Assembly (NCBI GenBank): GCA_028710985.1
Contig: JAQTTB010000001.1
Span: 457,864-521,863, forward strand
From: Patescibacteria group bacterium
GTDB taxonomy: Bacteria; Patescibacteriota; Patescibacteriia; JAHJFT01
DNA length: 64,000 nt
Reading direction: 5' to 3'
Below the pieces are notes generated by a model. The model saw only the letters and a list, made by a program, of their open reading frames with translations. It was not told the DNA's origin and did not search any database. Positions 16,748-27,961 of the stretch are shown here, one piece after another. A program made the position numbers and the translations under genes. The first letter of the stretch is position 1. Every line of letters begins with the position of its first letter.

Positions 16748-19700
16748 ATGATGCGTTTAAAACAACAAACAATGCGGACAATCGTTGCGCTTGTTTGTTT
16801 TGTTTTTGTTTGCAATCTCCTGCTCGTGCCGATTCATTACGCGCGCGCTCAACTGGTAGTAACGGATCCGGTTACCGGCCAGGCAGTCACCATAAAAAAT
16901 GTAAAAGATTTTATAAAGACCCTGCTTGTCGGCGTGGCCGGCGTTGCCGTAATTAACGCAGCAAATTATTTCGCACAAAAGCTCGCCTACGACGCCGCCG
17001 TAGCTTTGGTTTCCGGCGGTAAGGGCCAGATGCCGCTTTTTTCCACCAAGGGCTGGGGCGATTATTTTAAAGACGCATCGCTCGGCGCGGTCGGCGAATT
17101 TGTGGGCACTTTGTCCGAAGGATTTGAGGGCCTAGATCTCTGTAATCCCGGTCCGCCCGGCCTTGTGGCAAAACTTCAGACCAGTTTGGTCAAACCATAT
17201 ATTCCGGTGGGCGAAGGCCCGGAGCCAAAATGCGAGTGGAGCAATATTTCCGAAAACTGGACCGAGTTTACCGAAGACTTTACCACCGGCGAGGTTCTTC
17301 AGCGCTCGGGCGTGATGTTTGAACCCGGCCAGTCGCCGCTTTCCATTACCCTTGAAGCCAGCCGCAATCTTTCGGTTCAGGTTTATGAAATGGAAAAATT
17401 AAAAACCCTGGAACGCGAGGAGGGGGAAGGATTTTTGGCCAAGACCGGCATTATTTCCGGCGAGGTCCAGACTCCAGCCCAGGTCATCGCCCAAAAAGCC
17501 AAAGACCTTTCAAAGAGCGGCGAAGAATCCCAGCAAACTAATGTCCAGATGATGGGTTCGGCGCTCGGCGCCGGCGCGACGCAGATTCTCACTTCCGCGC
17601 TTGGCACATTCGTGAATACCCTGGCCGGAAAATTATTGGAAAAAATATTTAACAAGGGTTTAATTAGTTTTCAGAAAAAGGGAAAAAATACCGGCGCACT
17701 CATTAATCCTGAATTTTCGCTCGTCGGCACGCGCGAGGTGGCGCAGGAGATGCAGTCCGATCTGATTACCCCGCCGATTAAAGAGGCCGAGGTTTTTGAT
17801 CAGGTGACTGATTTTTCGGTCTGCCCCTCCCAGTTCGCCAGCCCGAATAACTGCGTAATTGACCAGGGATTTTCCGAAGCCCTGCGGCGGGAACAATCCG
17901 GTACCCCGCTCTCGGTCAAAGAGGCGATTAATCAGGGCCTGCTCCGCGGCGACTGGCCGCTTATTTCCTCGTATGACCGCGCCCGCAACACGGATATTTT
18001 TTGCTACACCTACGGATATTGCTATTCAAATTTAGTCAAACTTCGCAAGGCGCGCATCGTCCCGATCGGTTGGGAAATTGCCGCGCAAAAAAGCGGCGCC
18101 TCGGCTTCGCAGATAACCTTGAGCCAGGCCATGGATGCTTTCTATGACTGCGGAACCGATGCCGATGGCCGGCCGGTTGTGGATTCCGAACATCCGTGGT
18201 GCCACCTCGTCGATCCAAACTGGATTATCAAATATCCGCTTACCCAGTGCCGCGCTTCGGTCTACGGTTCAACCCTGCTCACCGCCGAAAACAGCCTGCG
18301 TTCCGAAACCTGCGTTGATTCGCCGACTTGCATTGCGGTTGATGACGGCGGATCCTGTGTCGGGGGTTGGGGATACTGCACCCGCGAAAAAAATACCTGG
18401 CATTTTGACGGCGACCAGTGTCCGGCGCGTTACGAGTCCTGCATCGCGCTTGAAGACCGGAGCGGCAATCAGGTTTCGTATTTATTAAATACCGTAAATT
18501 ACGGCGCCTGCACTTCGGAAAATGTTGGCTGTCGCTGGTACGCGCGCGAAAAGGCCGGCGACAACTGGACCGCGACCGCAAGTTATAATTCCACGGATAA
18601 AACCATGGTCGCGACCGCGGGCGCCATTTATTTAAACAAAAACGCGGCCGAATGTTCGGCTTCGGACGCCGGCTGCACGGAAATGATCCGTGCCACGGCG
18701 ACCGGAGCGACTTTGAATATTCTGCCCAATCCGAGTTTTGAAACCGCGTCCGCCGAAAATCCGGCCATGCCCGAGAACTGGGTTGCCGCCCGCGATAATT
18801 CCAAATACACCAGCGCGGCAACTACCCTGGACGCCACGGGGGACAAATCTTACGACGGGGTCGCGGCGGTTTCGCCCGGCACCGGCTTAGCCGCCGAAGT
18901 CAAACTCAATGCTTCAAGATTTTACACATTCTCTTTTTACGCGCGGACTTCCAGCCGCGCCACGCTTCTCGCCGGTGTTTCAGTCCTGAAGAGCGATCGT
19001 GTCAAAGCCGATCTCACGCCATATTATTTTTCTGGAACCAATTGCACGCGCGGCACCCAATTTGGCGAAGGCGGGGTAAATGAATCAGTTTATTTTAATC
19101 AGATTGCACCGCCCACCGAATACGCGCGCTATTCCTGCACCTTTACCACTCCGGTTGCCGCGGCTTCGCCCAAGGGATATTTTATCGGCCAGATATTTCT
19201 CTATAGCCAGGACGGCACCTGGATTGACGCCGTCCAGCTTGAAGAATCCGAAACCGTAACCGCGTTTCATGAAGGGATTTCCAGCGGAGCCGGGAGTGTT
19301 TATCTTAAAAAACCGCCCGAATATCTGGGATGCACCGGCGCCTCAACCGATCCGGCCGAATGTTCCAATTATCTGCGCCAATGCCTGGCATCGGATGTCG
19401 GCTGTTCAATGTATTATCCAACAAACGGCGATCCGGCGCTTGCCGCGGTCGCGACCGGCGAGAATATTTGTCCGGCCGAATGCGTCGGCTACGACACCTT
19501 CCGCGAAGAGCCGAGTCAGTGGACCGCCGCGGCCAAATTCCCGCTTTACTTAATTCCGGATACCGCCGAGATGTGTGAAGCGAGTGTCGTGGGCTGCGAT
19601 GAATTTACCAACTTAGATGCCGCTGAAGCTGGTGGGGAATCCAAAAATTATTTCACTTCAATCCGCTCCTGCCAGAAGCCGGCCGCGGACAGCGAAACGT

Positions 19701-22700
19701 TTTATACCTGGGAGGGCTCGGACACCGCCGGCTATCAGCTCAAGACGTGGGTGCTCAAGGCGAGCGACAAGGACGCCGGCCCGTGTACCACGCTCGCGCC
19801 GGGCGGGACCTGTAATGATCCAGCCGTCGGCACCGCGGACTATGACGAGCGCGACTGCTCGGAAGATTTTAAAACCGACGCCAACTGCCGCGAATTTTAC
19901 AATACCGCCGGCGGAATTTTTTATCGCAATTATTCAGATACCATTATTTCCACCGATGAATGCTATCGCTACCGCAAAACCGAAGCAACCGGGGAGGCGG
20001 ATTGCGAATCAACCGGCGGCCAGTGGAGCGCGGCCGGAGAATGCATTTATCTGGGCTATCCGTCCGAGAGCCAGCGCTGCGGCGCCGAATCCGCGGGCTG
20101 CCGCGCCTACACCGGCCCGACGAGCCGCAATGTTGAGGAAGAATTTTTTGACGAATTTGAAAATAACACAACCCAGGATTGGCAGGGCGGGGCCGTGAGC
20201 ACCGAATCCGTCACGCTCGGCGGGCATTCGCTCAAAGCCGCGTCCGGGGCCGCGGTTTCCAAAACCTGGGAATTAACCGCGGGCGAAACTTATATTTTGA
20301 GTTTCTGGGCCAAGGGACAAGGCACGGTGGCCGCGCAAATTGACGGCGAGCCGCTCGGCAGCGTCGCCCTCGGTTCGGAATGGGCAAATTATCAGGTCGG
20401 GCCCCTGCTCATGAGTGAGGCGGGGATAGGTTCAGTGGTTAGCTTCAGCGGATTTGCGGTTGATTCGTATCTGGACAACATCCGGCTCACTCGCGTATCG
20501 GATCATCTTTATTTAATTCGCAACTCCTGGTATACGCCGATGGTGTGCGACATGAATAATCAGGGCGTCTACCTGCCGCGCGCCCAACTCGGTTGCCGCG
20601 CCTACACGGACAGCGAAAATCAGGAAAAATATTTTAAATCATTCGATCGCCTTTGCAGCGAAGGGGCGGTGGGCTGCGAAGCTTTTATTGATACTTACAA
20701 TTCCGCGTCAACCGCGAAACAGATATTCAATCAGGGAGAGGACGGCGCCGAAGTCACGGTGCCCGGCGACACGCTTTCATATTATGTATATGACGAGAAC
20801 ATGGCCTGCGGCGCCGACGCCAAAGGTTGCGAAGCGATGGGTCGCCCGATTTTGGATCAGGATGGTCATACCGTGCTCTCGTACGATGATGTATATCTCG
20901 TGAACGATCCGGAAAATTATTCCAACTCGCTCTGCCTCACCGAAGAAGCCTACTGCGACGAATTCAAGGGCGATACCGGAACTTATTATTTCAAACATCC
21001 GGAAGACAAAACCTGCGAATTTAAGGAAAAGGTGAAAATTGCCGGGCTGGAATATTCGGGTTGGTTCCGCACCGGCACCGAAGACCCGTGCTATGGGTCG
21101 TATCTCGGCGCCGGCAACTCGTACGGTATCTGGAAAAACGGCGACTCGGGCTATGACGCCTGGTACGGCAACTGCCCGGCCGACATGAGCACCTGCACCA
21201 AATTTACCGATCCAGCCGACACTTCGGCCGATGAGCCGCAGGGCAAATCATATTATTATTTGGATAACGACACGCTTGATACTAAGAGCTGCGCTGGTTC
21301 GGCCTCCAAAAGCGCGGGCTGCGCCTTATTTAACAGTACTTCAAAGTCAACCAAGACAGAAAATTCCTGGGCGACTTATCTCACGAGCGAGGACAATAAT
21401 TTCGCCGCTGTTGCCACAATCGATTGCCTCAAAAGCGATAGTCCGTATTGTACCAAGGTTTGCTTTGATAAAGAATTCGGCCCGGAAGCGTTTGTTCCGT
21501 ACCGGTTCGGCCATAACTGTCGCGATGCCGGCGACTGTTCGGGCTACAGGGGTTGCGGTGAGATTTCAAGTTTTGGCAGCAAATGGCGGCACTGGATTCC
21601 GGAACAGAATATTTATCAATACACCGGTTCGTGCGAGGCCGGTTCGGTTTGCGCGGCCGGCAATCCGGGCTGTACCGTCGGCGATCTTTGCGTGGATATG
21701 GCCAAAGAGCTCCTGCGCAATGATTCAAATGAATTATTGAAAGTCCGCCGCGACCGCGAATGCGGCGAGTGGCTGGCGTGCCGCAGTTCGGTTTCGGTCT
21801 GGGACAATGAAACGCAAAAATACAAAAAAATCTGCACCAGCCTCGGGCTTTGCGACGAGTTTGCCCCGGTCGGGGATTCCAGCGAGTGCGTTCATTTTAT
21901 TGAGAGCGAACACGCCGAAGACGTGCTTTCCGAAGCGCTTTACACCGCGCGCGATGTTTCCTGGGAAGGCCAGGATTATTCGGGCTACGCCATTCCGAAT
22001 TATTATTCCATTGACGAGCTTTCGCCCATTGATTTGAGCAGTATTGTCGCCGGTTCAAGCCTGCCGGATTTGCGCGTTGCTTATGTTGAAACCGGCTGCG
22101 GCGCCGGCGTGGCTACTGGCCAGACATGCGGAGACGCGAACGCGCTCGGCAACAAGGGTGTCTGCGTTGCCCAAAAATGCGTTTATGCCATCAACGGCGA
22201 AGCCCTGCCCACGGCCGGAACATCGGCGGAATTATATACGTCGCTTACCGCCGGGGAAAACAAATACCGCGTGGTCGGCCAGTCCTGCCGCGCTTATCCG
22301 GAAGAAGGCGCGCCGTTCCCCTCAAGCGTGGCCGAGTGGGAGAACGGAAAAATGACCACCATTGACCCCAACTTCAAACGCGCCAATATCTGCGAGCAGT
22401 CGATCTGGGAAGATCTGAACAGCGACGGCGTGCGCGATGAAAACGAAATCACGTATCAGGACTGCGAATGCGATTATCAAAAAGTTGAATTTGGAAACGG
22501 CGCGGTCACGAAATTTTATTCCACCAATGAAGTTAATATTCCCAAAGGCATCTGCCTCAATGGCCCGCGTTCCGGGCTTTCGTGCGTGCCGGGCGCGGAA
22601 TACGACGACACCCTGCCGGCCGATTCCGCGGATAATCAAAAAACCTGCGGCGCGATTACTTCGGGCGGCGCCTGCCAGGCGGTTGAGCGCGCCGACAAAT

Positions 22701-25582
22701 TCGTGGGCTGGCTCGGCCAGTGCCTGGAGCGCGATTTGCGCACGCCATTGAACGGCAGCACCGAAGATTTTGCCTGCCTGACCTGGTATCCGTCTTACAT
22801 TCTTTCCGGCGGACAGGATGTTTATAATCTTTTCCCCAATGCCGGATATAATCCGACCAACACCGGCCGCTACTGGTGCGCCGAGGCGCGGGGCATCCGC
22901 AATTCCATTGGACCGACTCGGGCTGGCGAAGATTATGAAGTCATAACGCGCGATAATATTGCCAGTACCACAAAGTGGACAAAAGATCCGCCGGGCGTAT
23001 TATTCCCCGGGGTGCTGTGCACTGGCGCTATTAATTGTCCGGATGCAACGGGCCAGGAAAAGTCCGTGTGCCACGACTTTGGTTCTTACAGCGCCTGTGC
23101 CACGGGTAAATTTTATGGCAGCTATACGGCTTCTGAAGATTCGGCCTGGAATCTTTTGGTCTATACGGCCGACACCAAGGATTATTCAGAAAGATTTTTG
23201 CCGGCAACACAATACGAAAATTATTATCTTGACGAAATCGTTGCCATTGAACTCGCGGTTGACGGCGCGCATAATCCCAAGTTGTGGCCGGATGGCCAAA
23301 ACAGTGATACTGAAGATTTTTACGAAGACGGAAACAATATATTAAGCCGCCAGAATGAAGTTGAATTGAAAAACGGATTCAAAGCCTGGGAAACAAGCTG
23401 GGGCATTCCCGAAGAAACAAAAATTCCGTCAAGCGCTCCGCCGATTCTCACGCAGGCCAATTATGCGTTTTCCGGAGAATATAAATATGAGCATGTAACC
23501 GAAGACGCTTCATGCGAAAATGATTACAGCGATTCAAAGAGCTATTTTGCCATTCGCGCCATCTTTGACGCAAACGGCAAATTCCGCGGATTTTGGACCA
23601 CAACCTGCAATGGCACAAGCAAGCCGCGCGCCTGGGTGAAATTTAAAGTCGTTTTTCACCTTGCGGAAAATTGCGAATCTGTCGCCCAGGTGGTAAAGGC
23701 GAGCGGAGAAAACAAGGCCTATACCGACCGGCTTTATCAGGCAACGAATTTTTTAATGATTGTTGGCAGCGAATATAAATATCCGCAGACTTTCGCGCCC
23801 TTTGGTTCGGCGCAAAGTTACGAGTCGCCGCTTGGCCAAAAATTGCCGTGGATTGTCGGCGATAATCGGAAAGACAAAAATTCTGTCGGTACGCCGGACT
23901 TGAGCCTGATTCCGGAAGATTACACTCTCGCCGGTTCATCCCTTGGTTGTAAGGGCGCATGCGCCAAAGAAGAACTCGATGATTTAAATTTTAATACTTT
24001 AACGCGCGCCCTGGGCAATCTTCAGCAGTTATTTACTGCGGTTTATAAAATATTTGAGTGGGAGCCGGGCTATAAACAGGGCAAATGCGAACCGTCCGGC
24101 GGCTGGTCGGAAGGAACGGGTTTCTATATTCCCTGCAATGGCGAGGGCAACACATGTGATAATGATCCGCCCGGTTCGTGCGTGCAGTCTCTTGAATGCG
24201 ATATCGGTCCGCTCGCCGGCGATCGAAATTGCGCAATAAATGATTATTGCCAGGGCGAGTCCGGATATTGCTATCCAAATCCAGACACCACTGTTTACGG
24301 CGATACCGGCGGCGGACGATATGGGGTGATTGAGGAAGGCGAAGGCATTTGCACCGGCAGCTTGCGCGGCAGCGCGCTGTGCGGCGATATTGAATACCCG
24401 GATGAGGGCACGAATAATTTTCCGTCTCCCGAGGGCACCATCAATTTAACCGTTGACGCCGAACGGGCCGGTGATGAATTCTGTCAGACTTCGGGGGTGT
24501 GTATTGATTGGCATATTAGCGATGGTCAGACAATTTATCAGTGCTATGGCGGGCTAAAACATGGCGAGTCATGCAGCGGACAAAGCGATTGCGGCATTAA
24601 TGCCATGAACGGCTTTTGCGACAGCGGTGTTTGCACGGGCGGCGGCTTTGACAGCATATCGGAAAAAGTTTTCTGTTCCGATAACTCGCAGTGCATAATT
24701 TCAAATGCCATGTGCGCGACAAATGTTTATCGCTGCAGCGACGGACTATTGTCTGGCGCCGAATGTGATCCGGGCTCAAGCATTTGCGGCCAGTCATTTT
24801 CTTGTACAGTAGACGCTGTTCCGGCAGAGCGTGACTTTTACGAAAAGAGCGTTCCGGCCTCTGTCTCCGACACGGCCGAAAGCCAGGGCGTTCCGCCGAC
24901 CGTCGCGGCCATTGATTTTACCAAATGCGATCAATCAACCGGCACCTGCCGCATTGCCAAGCTTAACGGTTTTGATGTGAACAACTGGTATTACGGCACC
25001 ATCACCGGCCAGGAACAGCTCAAGGCAACCATCCGCTTTTATGCCTGGGCCGACCATAATCAGATGCCAATTGTTTCGCGCACCGTGGACTGGGGAGACT
25101 CAAGTCCCAAAGACATGACCTCGGCGAGCAAATACAAAAACTATAAGCCTTATTGCGACAGTGATTCCCTGGAATGTTCGGACGCTCCGGGCATGACCTG
25201 CAAGACATCGAGCGACTGCCCGTCCGGCACCGGCACGTGCCAGCCGGATCTAAGCGGCGTGCCGCACTTTGGCAATGATGACAAAGCCTGCAGCGAGGGA
25301 TTTTTCCAGTTTGAACACACTTATCTTTGCGATGGCGGCGACGAGCTTGGTACTTGTCCGTTCAGCGGTTCGCCGGCTTCGTCAGACAGCATTCCGGCCA
25401 ATGGCTGCAAAACCGCGACTGCCTGTTATTACCGCCCGCGCGTCCAGGTTCAGGATAACTGGGGCTGGTGCAACGGCGACTGCAATGGATTGGGTGAGGG
25501 GTGCTATGAGGATGAATGCTTTATTACAAGGGATGATCCACATTGGACCGAGTTTGATGGCTACATCAAAATAAATAAATAA
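16748..25582 (+). CDS. Giant (~2,944 aa) secreted Cys-rich protein with CBM-like modules
   Basis: Signal peptide ending ARA|QLVVTDP; many Cys-rich modules; NILPNPSFE and YILSFWAKG CBM4/9-like segments; C-terminal VDWGD; start ATG 16748. Confidence 0.85.
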   Translation: MMRLKQQTMRTIVALVCFVFVCNLLLVPIHYARAQLVVTDPVTGQAVTIKNVKDFIKTLLVGVAGVAVINAANYFAQKLAYDAAVALVSGGKGQMPLFSTKGWGDYFKDASLGAVGEFVGTLSEGFEGLDLCNPGPPGLVAKLQTSLVKPYIPVGEGPEPKCEWSNISENWTEFTEDFTTGEVLQRSGVMFEPGQSPLSITLEASRNLSVQVYEMEKLKTLEREEGEGFLAKTGIISGEVQTPAQVIAQKAKDLSKSGEESQQTNVQMMGSALGAGATQILTSALGTFVNTLAGKLLEKIFNKGLISFQKKGKNTGALINPEFSLVGTREVAQEMQSDLITPPIKEAEVFDQVTDFSVCPSQFASPNNCVIDQGFSEALRREQSGTPLSVKEAINQGLLRGDWPLISSYDRARNTDIFCYTYGYCYSNLVKLRKARIVPIGWEIAAQKSGASASQITLSQAMDAFYDCGTDADGRPVVDSEHPWCHLVDPNWIIKYPLTQCRASVYGSTLLTAENSLRSETCVDSPTCIAVDDGGSCVGGWGYCTREKNTWHFDGDQCPARYESCIALEDRSGNQVSYLLNTVNYGACTSENVGCRWYAREKAGDNWTATASYNSTDKTMVATAGAIYLNKNAAECSASDAGCTEMIRATATGATLNILPNPSFETASAENPAMPENWVAARDNSKYTSAATTLDATGDKSYDGVAAVSPGTGLAAEVKLNASRFYTFSFYARTSSRATLLAGVSVLKSDRVKADLTPYYFSGTNCTRGTQFGEGGVNESVYFNQIAPPTEYARYSCTFTTPVAAASPKGYFIGQIFLYSQDGTWIDAVQLEESETVTAFHEGISSGAGSVYLKKPPEYLGCTGASTDPAECSNYLRQCLASDVGCSMYYPTNGDPALAAVATGENICPAECVGYDTFREEPSQWTAAAKFPLYLIPDTAEMCEASVVGCDEFTNLDAAEAGGESKNYFTSIRSCQKPAADSETFYTWEGSDTAGYQLKTWVLKASDKDAGPCTTLAPGGTCNDPAVGTADYDERDCSEDFKTDANCREFYNTAGGIFYRNYSDTIISTDECYRYRKTEATGEADCESTGGQWSAAGECIYLGYPSESQRCGAESAGCRAYTGPTSRNVEEEFFDEFENNTTQDWQGGAVSTESVTLGGHSLKAASGAAVSKTWELTAGETYILSFWAKGQGTVAAQIDGEPLGSVALGSEWANYQVGPLLMSEAGIGSVVSFSGFAVDSYLDNIRLTRVSDHLYLIRNSWYTPMVCDMNNQGVYLPRAQLGCRAYTDSENQEKYFKSFDRLCSEGAVGCEAFIDTYNSASTAKQIFNQGEDGAEVTVPGDTLSYYVYDENMACGADAKGCEAMGRPILDQDGHTVLSYDDVYLVNDPENYSNSLCLTEEAYCDEFKGDTGTYYFKHPEDKTCEFKEKVKIAGLEYSGWFRTGTEDPCYGSYLGAGNSYGIWKNGDSGYDAWYGNCPADMSTCTKFTDPADTSADEPQGKSYYYLDNDTLDTKSCAGSASKSAGCALFNSTSKSTKTENSWATYLTSEDNNFAAVATIDCLKSDSPYCTKVCFDKEFGPEAFVPYRFGHNCRDAGDCSGYRGCGEISSFGSKWRHWIPEQNIYQYTGSCEAGSVCAAGNPGCTVGDLCVDMAKELLRNDSNELLKVRRDRECGEWLACRSSVSVWDNETQKYKKICTSLGLCDEFAPVGDSSECVHFIESEHAEDVLSEALYTARDVSWEGQDYSGYAIPNYYSIDELSPIDLSSIVAGSSLPDLRVAYVETGCGAGVATGQTCGDANALGNKGVCVAQKCVYAINGEALPTAGTSAELYTSLTAGENKYRVVGQSCRAYPEEGAPFPSSVAEWENGKMTTIDPNFKRANICEQSIWEDLNSDGVRDENEITYQDCECDYQKVEFGNGAVTKFYSTNEVNIPKGICLNGPRSGLSCVPGAEYDDTLPADSADNQKTCGAITSGGACQAVERADKFVGWLGQCLERDLRTPLNGSTEDFACLTWYPSYILSGGQDVYNLFPNAGYNPTNTGRYWCAEARGIRNSIGPTRAGEDYEVITRDNIASTTKWTKDPPGVLFPGVLCTGAINCPDATGQEKSVCHDFGSYSACATGKFYGSYTASEDSAWNLLVYTADTKDYSERFLPATQYENYYLDEIVAIELAVDGAHNPKLWPDGQNSDTEDFYEDGNNILSRQNEVELKNGFKAWETSWGIPEETKIPSSAPPILTQANYAFSGEYKYEHVTEDASCENDYSDSKSYFAIRAIFDANGKFRGFWTTTCNGTSKPRAWVKFKVVFHLAENCESVAQVVKASGENKAYTDRLYQATNFLMIVGSEYKYPQTFAPFGSAQSYESPLGQKLPWIVGDNRKDKNSVGTPDLSLIPEDYTLAGSSLGCKGACAKEELDDLNFNTLTRALGNLQQLFTAVYKIFEWEPGYKQGKCEPSGGWSEGTGFYIPCNGEGNTCDNDPPGSCVQSLECDIGPLAGDRNCAINDYCQGESGYCYPNPDTTVYGDTGGGRYGVIEEGEGICTGSLRGSALCGDIEYPDEGTNNFPSPEGTINLTVDAERAGDEFCQTSGVCIDWHISDGQTIYQCYGGLKHGESCSGQSDCGINAMNGFCDSGVCTGGGFDSISEKVFCSDNSQCIISNAMCATNVYRCSDGLLSGAECDPGSSICGQSFSCTVDAVPAERDFYEKSVPASVSDTAESQGVPPTVAAIDFTKCDQSTGTCRIAKLNGFDVNNWYYGTITGQEQLKATIRFYAWADHNQMPIVSRTVDWGDSSPKDMTSASKYKNYKPYCDSDSLECSDAPGMTCKTSSDCPSGTGTCQPDLSGVPHFGNDDKACSEGFFQFEHTYLCDGGDELGTCPFSGSPASSDSIPANGCKTATACYYRPRVQVQDNWGWCNGDCNGLGEGCYEDECFITRDDPHWTEFDGYIKINK

Positions 25583-25694
25583 AAAATAATAAATCGTCCT
25601 GATGGATGGTGAGGACGATTTTGTTTTTAAAAAAAAGAGAGCGCCAACAGGGGGTTGGTGCTCTTGAGGAGGCGACCGAAGGTCAGACCGCGGG

Positions 25695-26276
25695 TCAGAA
25701 GACGCGCGTGTAAGAAAGGTCGTCAGAACCGAACGAGTTGATGATGTGAATTGTGACGTGGTTGTTGTCCGCGACCGTGCCGGTGATGGTTTCGTCCGCA
25801 TCTTCGTAGCGGAGAGAACTTCCCTCCATGTAGAGGAGACTGGCACCGCAGAGACCATTCACCGTACAGCCATCCTGACCTACGTCGCAGATGCTCGTCG
25901 AGACATCCTCCACCCACCGTCCGGTGAGGTCGTAGTCGCAGGTCGGGACCGCCGGGTCCAGGGAAACATCCACGGGCGTGGTTGTTCCGGATGCCACATC
26001 CACTACGCCGGAGTATTCGTCATATCCGGCGAGCGTGATGCGCACCTGGTACTGTCCGGGTGTGAGGTCGGCGATGACCGTGGGCGTTGTGCCCTTGACC
26101 TCTTCGTTGAGGTACAGGGTCGCGCCGGCGGGCGTGGTGTCCACGGAAAGAATTCCGTAGGTTACCGAGTCTGGCGTTGCGTCCGAGTCGGTCGTGGTGT
26201 CGGCCGGGTTGTCGGTGGTTTCGCACGCGAACGCGAACATGGCCGCCAGGGCCAGGATGATGTATTTCCCCTTCAT
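25695..26276 (-). CDS. PEGA-domain lipoprotein
   Basis: Lipobox FAFAC; LSVDTTPAGATLYLNEEVKGTTP...LTPGQYQVRITLAGY; AGGAGG SD. Confidence 0.88.
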   Translation of the reverse strand: MKGKYIILALAAMFAFACETTDNPADTTTDSDATPDSVTYGILSVDTTPAGATLYLNEEVKGTTPTVIADLTPGQYQVRITLAGYDEYSGVVDVASGTTTPVDVSLDPAVPTCDYDLTGRWVEDVSTSICDVGQDGCTVNGLCGASLLYMEGSSLRYEDADETITGTVADNNHVTIHIINSFGSDDLSYTRVF

Positions 26277-26421
26277 GATCGTTTCCTCCTATGGTCAATT
26301 CGGGGGTGGTTCAAAGGGCAATGGGCCAGGATTGGTCCATTTTTATTATCGCGCAATTATATCACGGATTCAAGGGCTTGTCAAGGGGGAGACGGTGAAT
26401 ATTTGCGTAATATTCGCCAAA

Positions 26422-27009
26422 TTATTTACACGGATCAAGAATGTTTTTCCAATTTTTGGGATTATTTTTGATGTAATTCGTAATGCGTCGTAAATCCCAT
26501 GCGTCGCGGACGATGTGGTCATAATATGAACGTTGCCATTGAAAATATTCATCCTCGTTTTGATTCGCGATTCGGGTAACCGCGGATTTAAATTCATGGA
26601 TAATTTTTGGCAACAACATTTTATCCCGTTGTACGTCGCGTTGTACGTCGCGTTGTAGGGGTCGCATATATGCGACCCCTACGTCCGTCCATTGCCCGCC
26701 ATGCGAATCGTCCACCCCGTCCGTCCATTGCCCGCCGTACGCATTCCGAATAAATATTAATCCATGAAAATGGTCGGGCATAACAATGTATTGCCCCAAA
26801 TCAATATTCGGAAAATGAATTGGTAAATAATTCCAACATCGGTCCGCGATTTCACCAATCGCTGAACGCCGCATTTCATTTTTTACAATATTTCCAAAAA
26901 AACATTTTTTTCCATCGGTACATATTGTTACATAATATATACTCGGGCGGGAATAATCGCGTTTTTGATATCGGTTTCGTTTTCGCGCGCGTTGATTCAT
27001 GTTAATCAT
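26422..27009 (-). mobile_element. REP-associated tyrosine (Y1/IS200-like, RAYT) transposase
   Basis: YYVTICT, IVMPDHFHGL (HUH), WQRSYYDHIVR, YIKNNP. Confidence 0.9.
26655..26682. repeat. GTAG-type REP palindrome inside the RAYT ORF
   Basis: Perfect 28-bp palindrome GTAGGGGTCGCATATATGCGACCCCTAC, flanked by 12-bp tandem repeats and a duplicated CCGTCCATTGCCCGCC. Confidence 0.85.
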
Positions 27010-27222
27010 ACGTTCATATCATAACATTGAAAATAATCGACATTCAATCCAAAAATATAATTATTCCATGTCACAATTTACCGACACGCACGCGGGATAT
27101 TGCATAAATATATGAATAACGTTAATGCATAAGAAGACGCGCGAATGTAATTAATTATTTTCAACACCTCAAATTTGACCTAGTCTGATATAAAAATTTA
27201 TAATTAATACATAAACAACAAT

Positions 27223-27888
27223 ATGCGAATGAAAACATACATCATCGCCATTCTCGTTCTCGTTATTTTAGCCGTGATTCTTATTGTCATGATATTCTGG
27301 CAGATGCCGGCAAATCGTCTTGTGCCGCCATTGCCGTCCGAGGAATTATCCGCCGTTCCGCCGGTTGAACCGAACGCGGAACGATTATCAATTTTCGCAA
27401 GCGAAAAATTGGGTTTTGAGATTTCTTACCCCGAATATTTATCCGTGTCGCAAGAAATCGCATTTTATGATCTGGCCGGAGCCTATGAAAAATCCGAAGC
27501 CGCCGGCCGTATTGTCTCCGTGGGCATTGTGCGCTTAAGCGGTTCGTCATCTCAGCCGGATGCCGAATGGAACGATATTTCAATCTACGCGGTTCATCCG
27601 CAGGATATGGGCGCCACCGCCGAGGAATCCGCCGCATTCATCCAAAAGTTTGAAAATGATTTTCCGCAATTCAAAGAACCGGGTGAAAAAATTTCCAGCG
27701 CCGAATCAATTACAATTGGCGGGCTGGATTTTAAAAAAAATATTTCAGAAGCCGCTGCGGGCAAACGGATAACATATATTTATAACTCGTCTCCGGATTC
27801 TTTATACATTATTTCCGCCAAAGCGGCGGGCGCCGAGGTCGGCGGCCTGCTCTCCGAAATCGTGCCGACCTTCAAAGTCAAGCAATAA
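27223..27888 (+). CDS. Membrane-anchored hypothetical protein (PsbP-like fold possible)
   Basis: N-terminal TM; FASEKLGFEISYP...EIVPTFK. Confidence 0.7.
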   Translation: MRMKTYIIAILVLVILAVILIVMIFWQMPANRLVPPLPSEELSAVPPVEPNAERLSIFASEKLGFEISYPEYLSVSQEIAFYDLAGAYEKSEAAGRIVSVGIVRLSGSSSQPDAEWNDISIYAVHPQDMGATAEESAAFIQKFENDFPQFKEPGEKISSAESITIGGLDFKKNISEAAAGKRITYIYNSSPDSLYIISAKAAGAEVGGLLSEIVPTFKVKQ

Positions 27889-27961
27889 TTTAGTTATGTG
27901 CCGGCCGGGCATGCGGCAGGTAATTATGCTTGCACTTTGAAAATCCACGAGGAGGTGGAAA

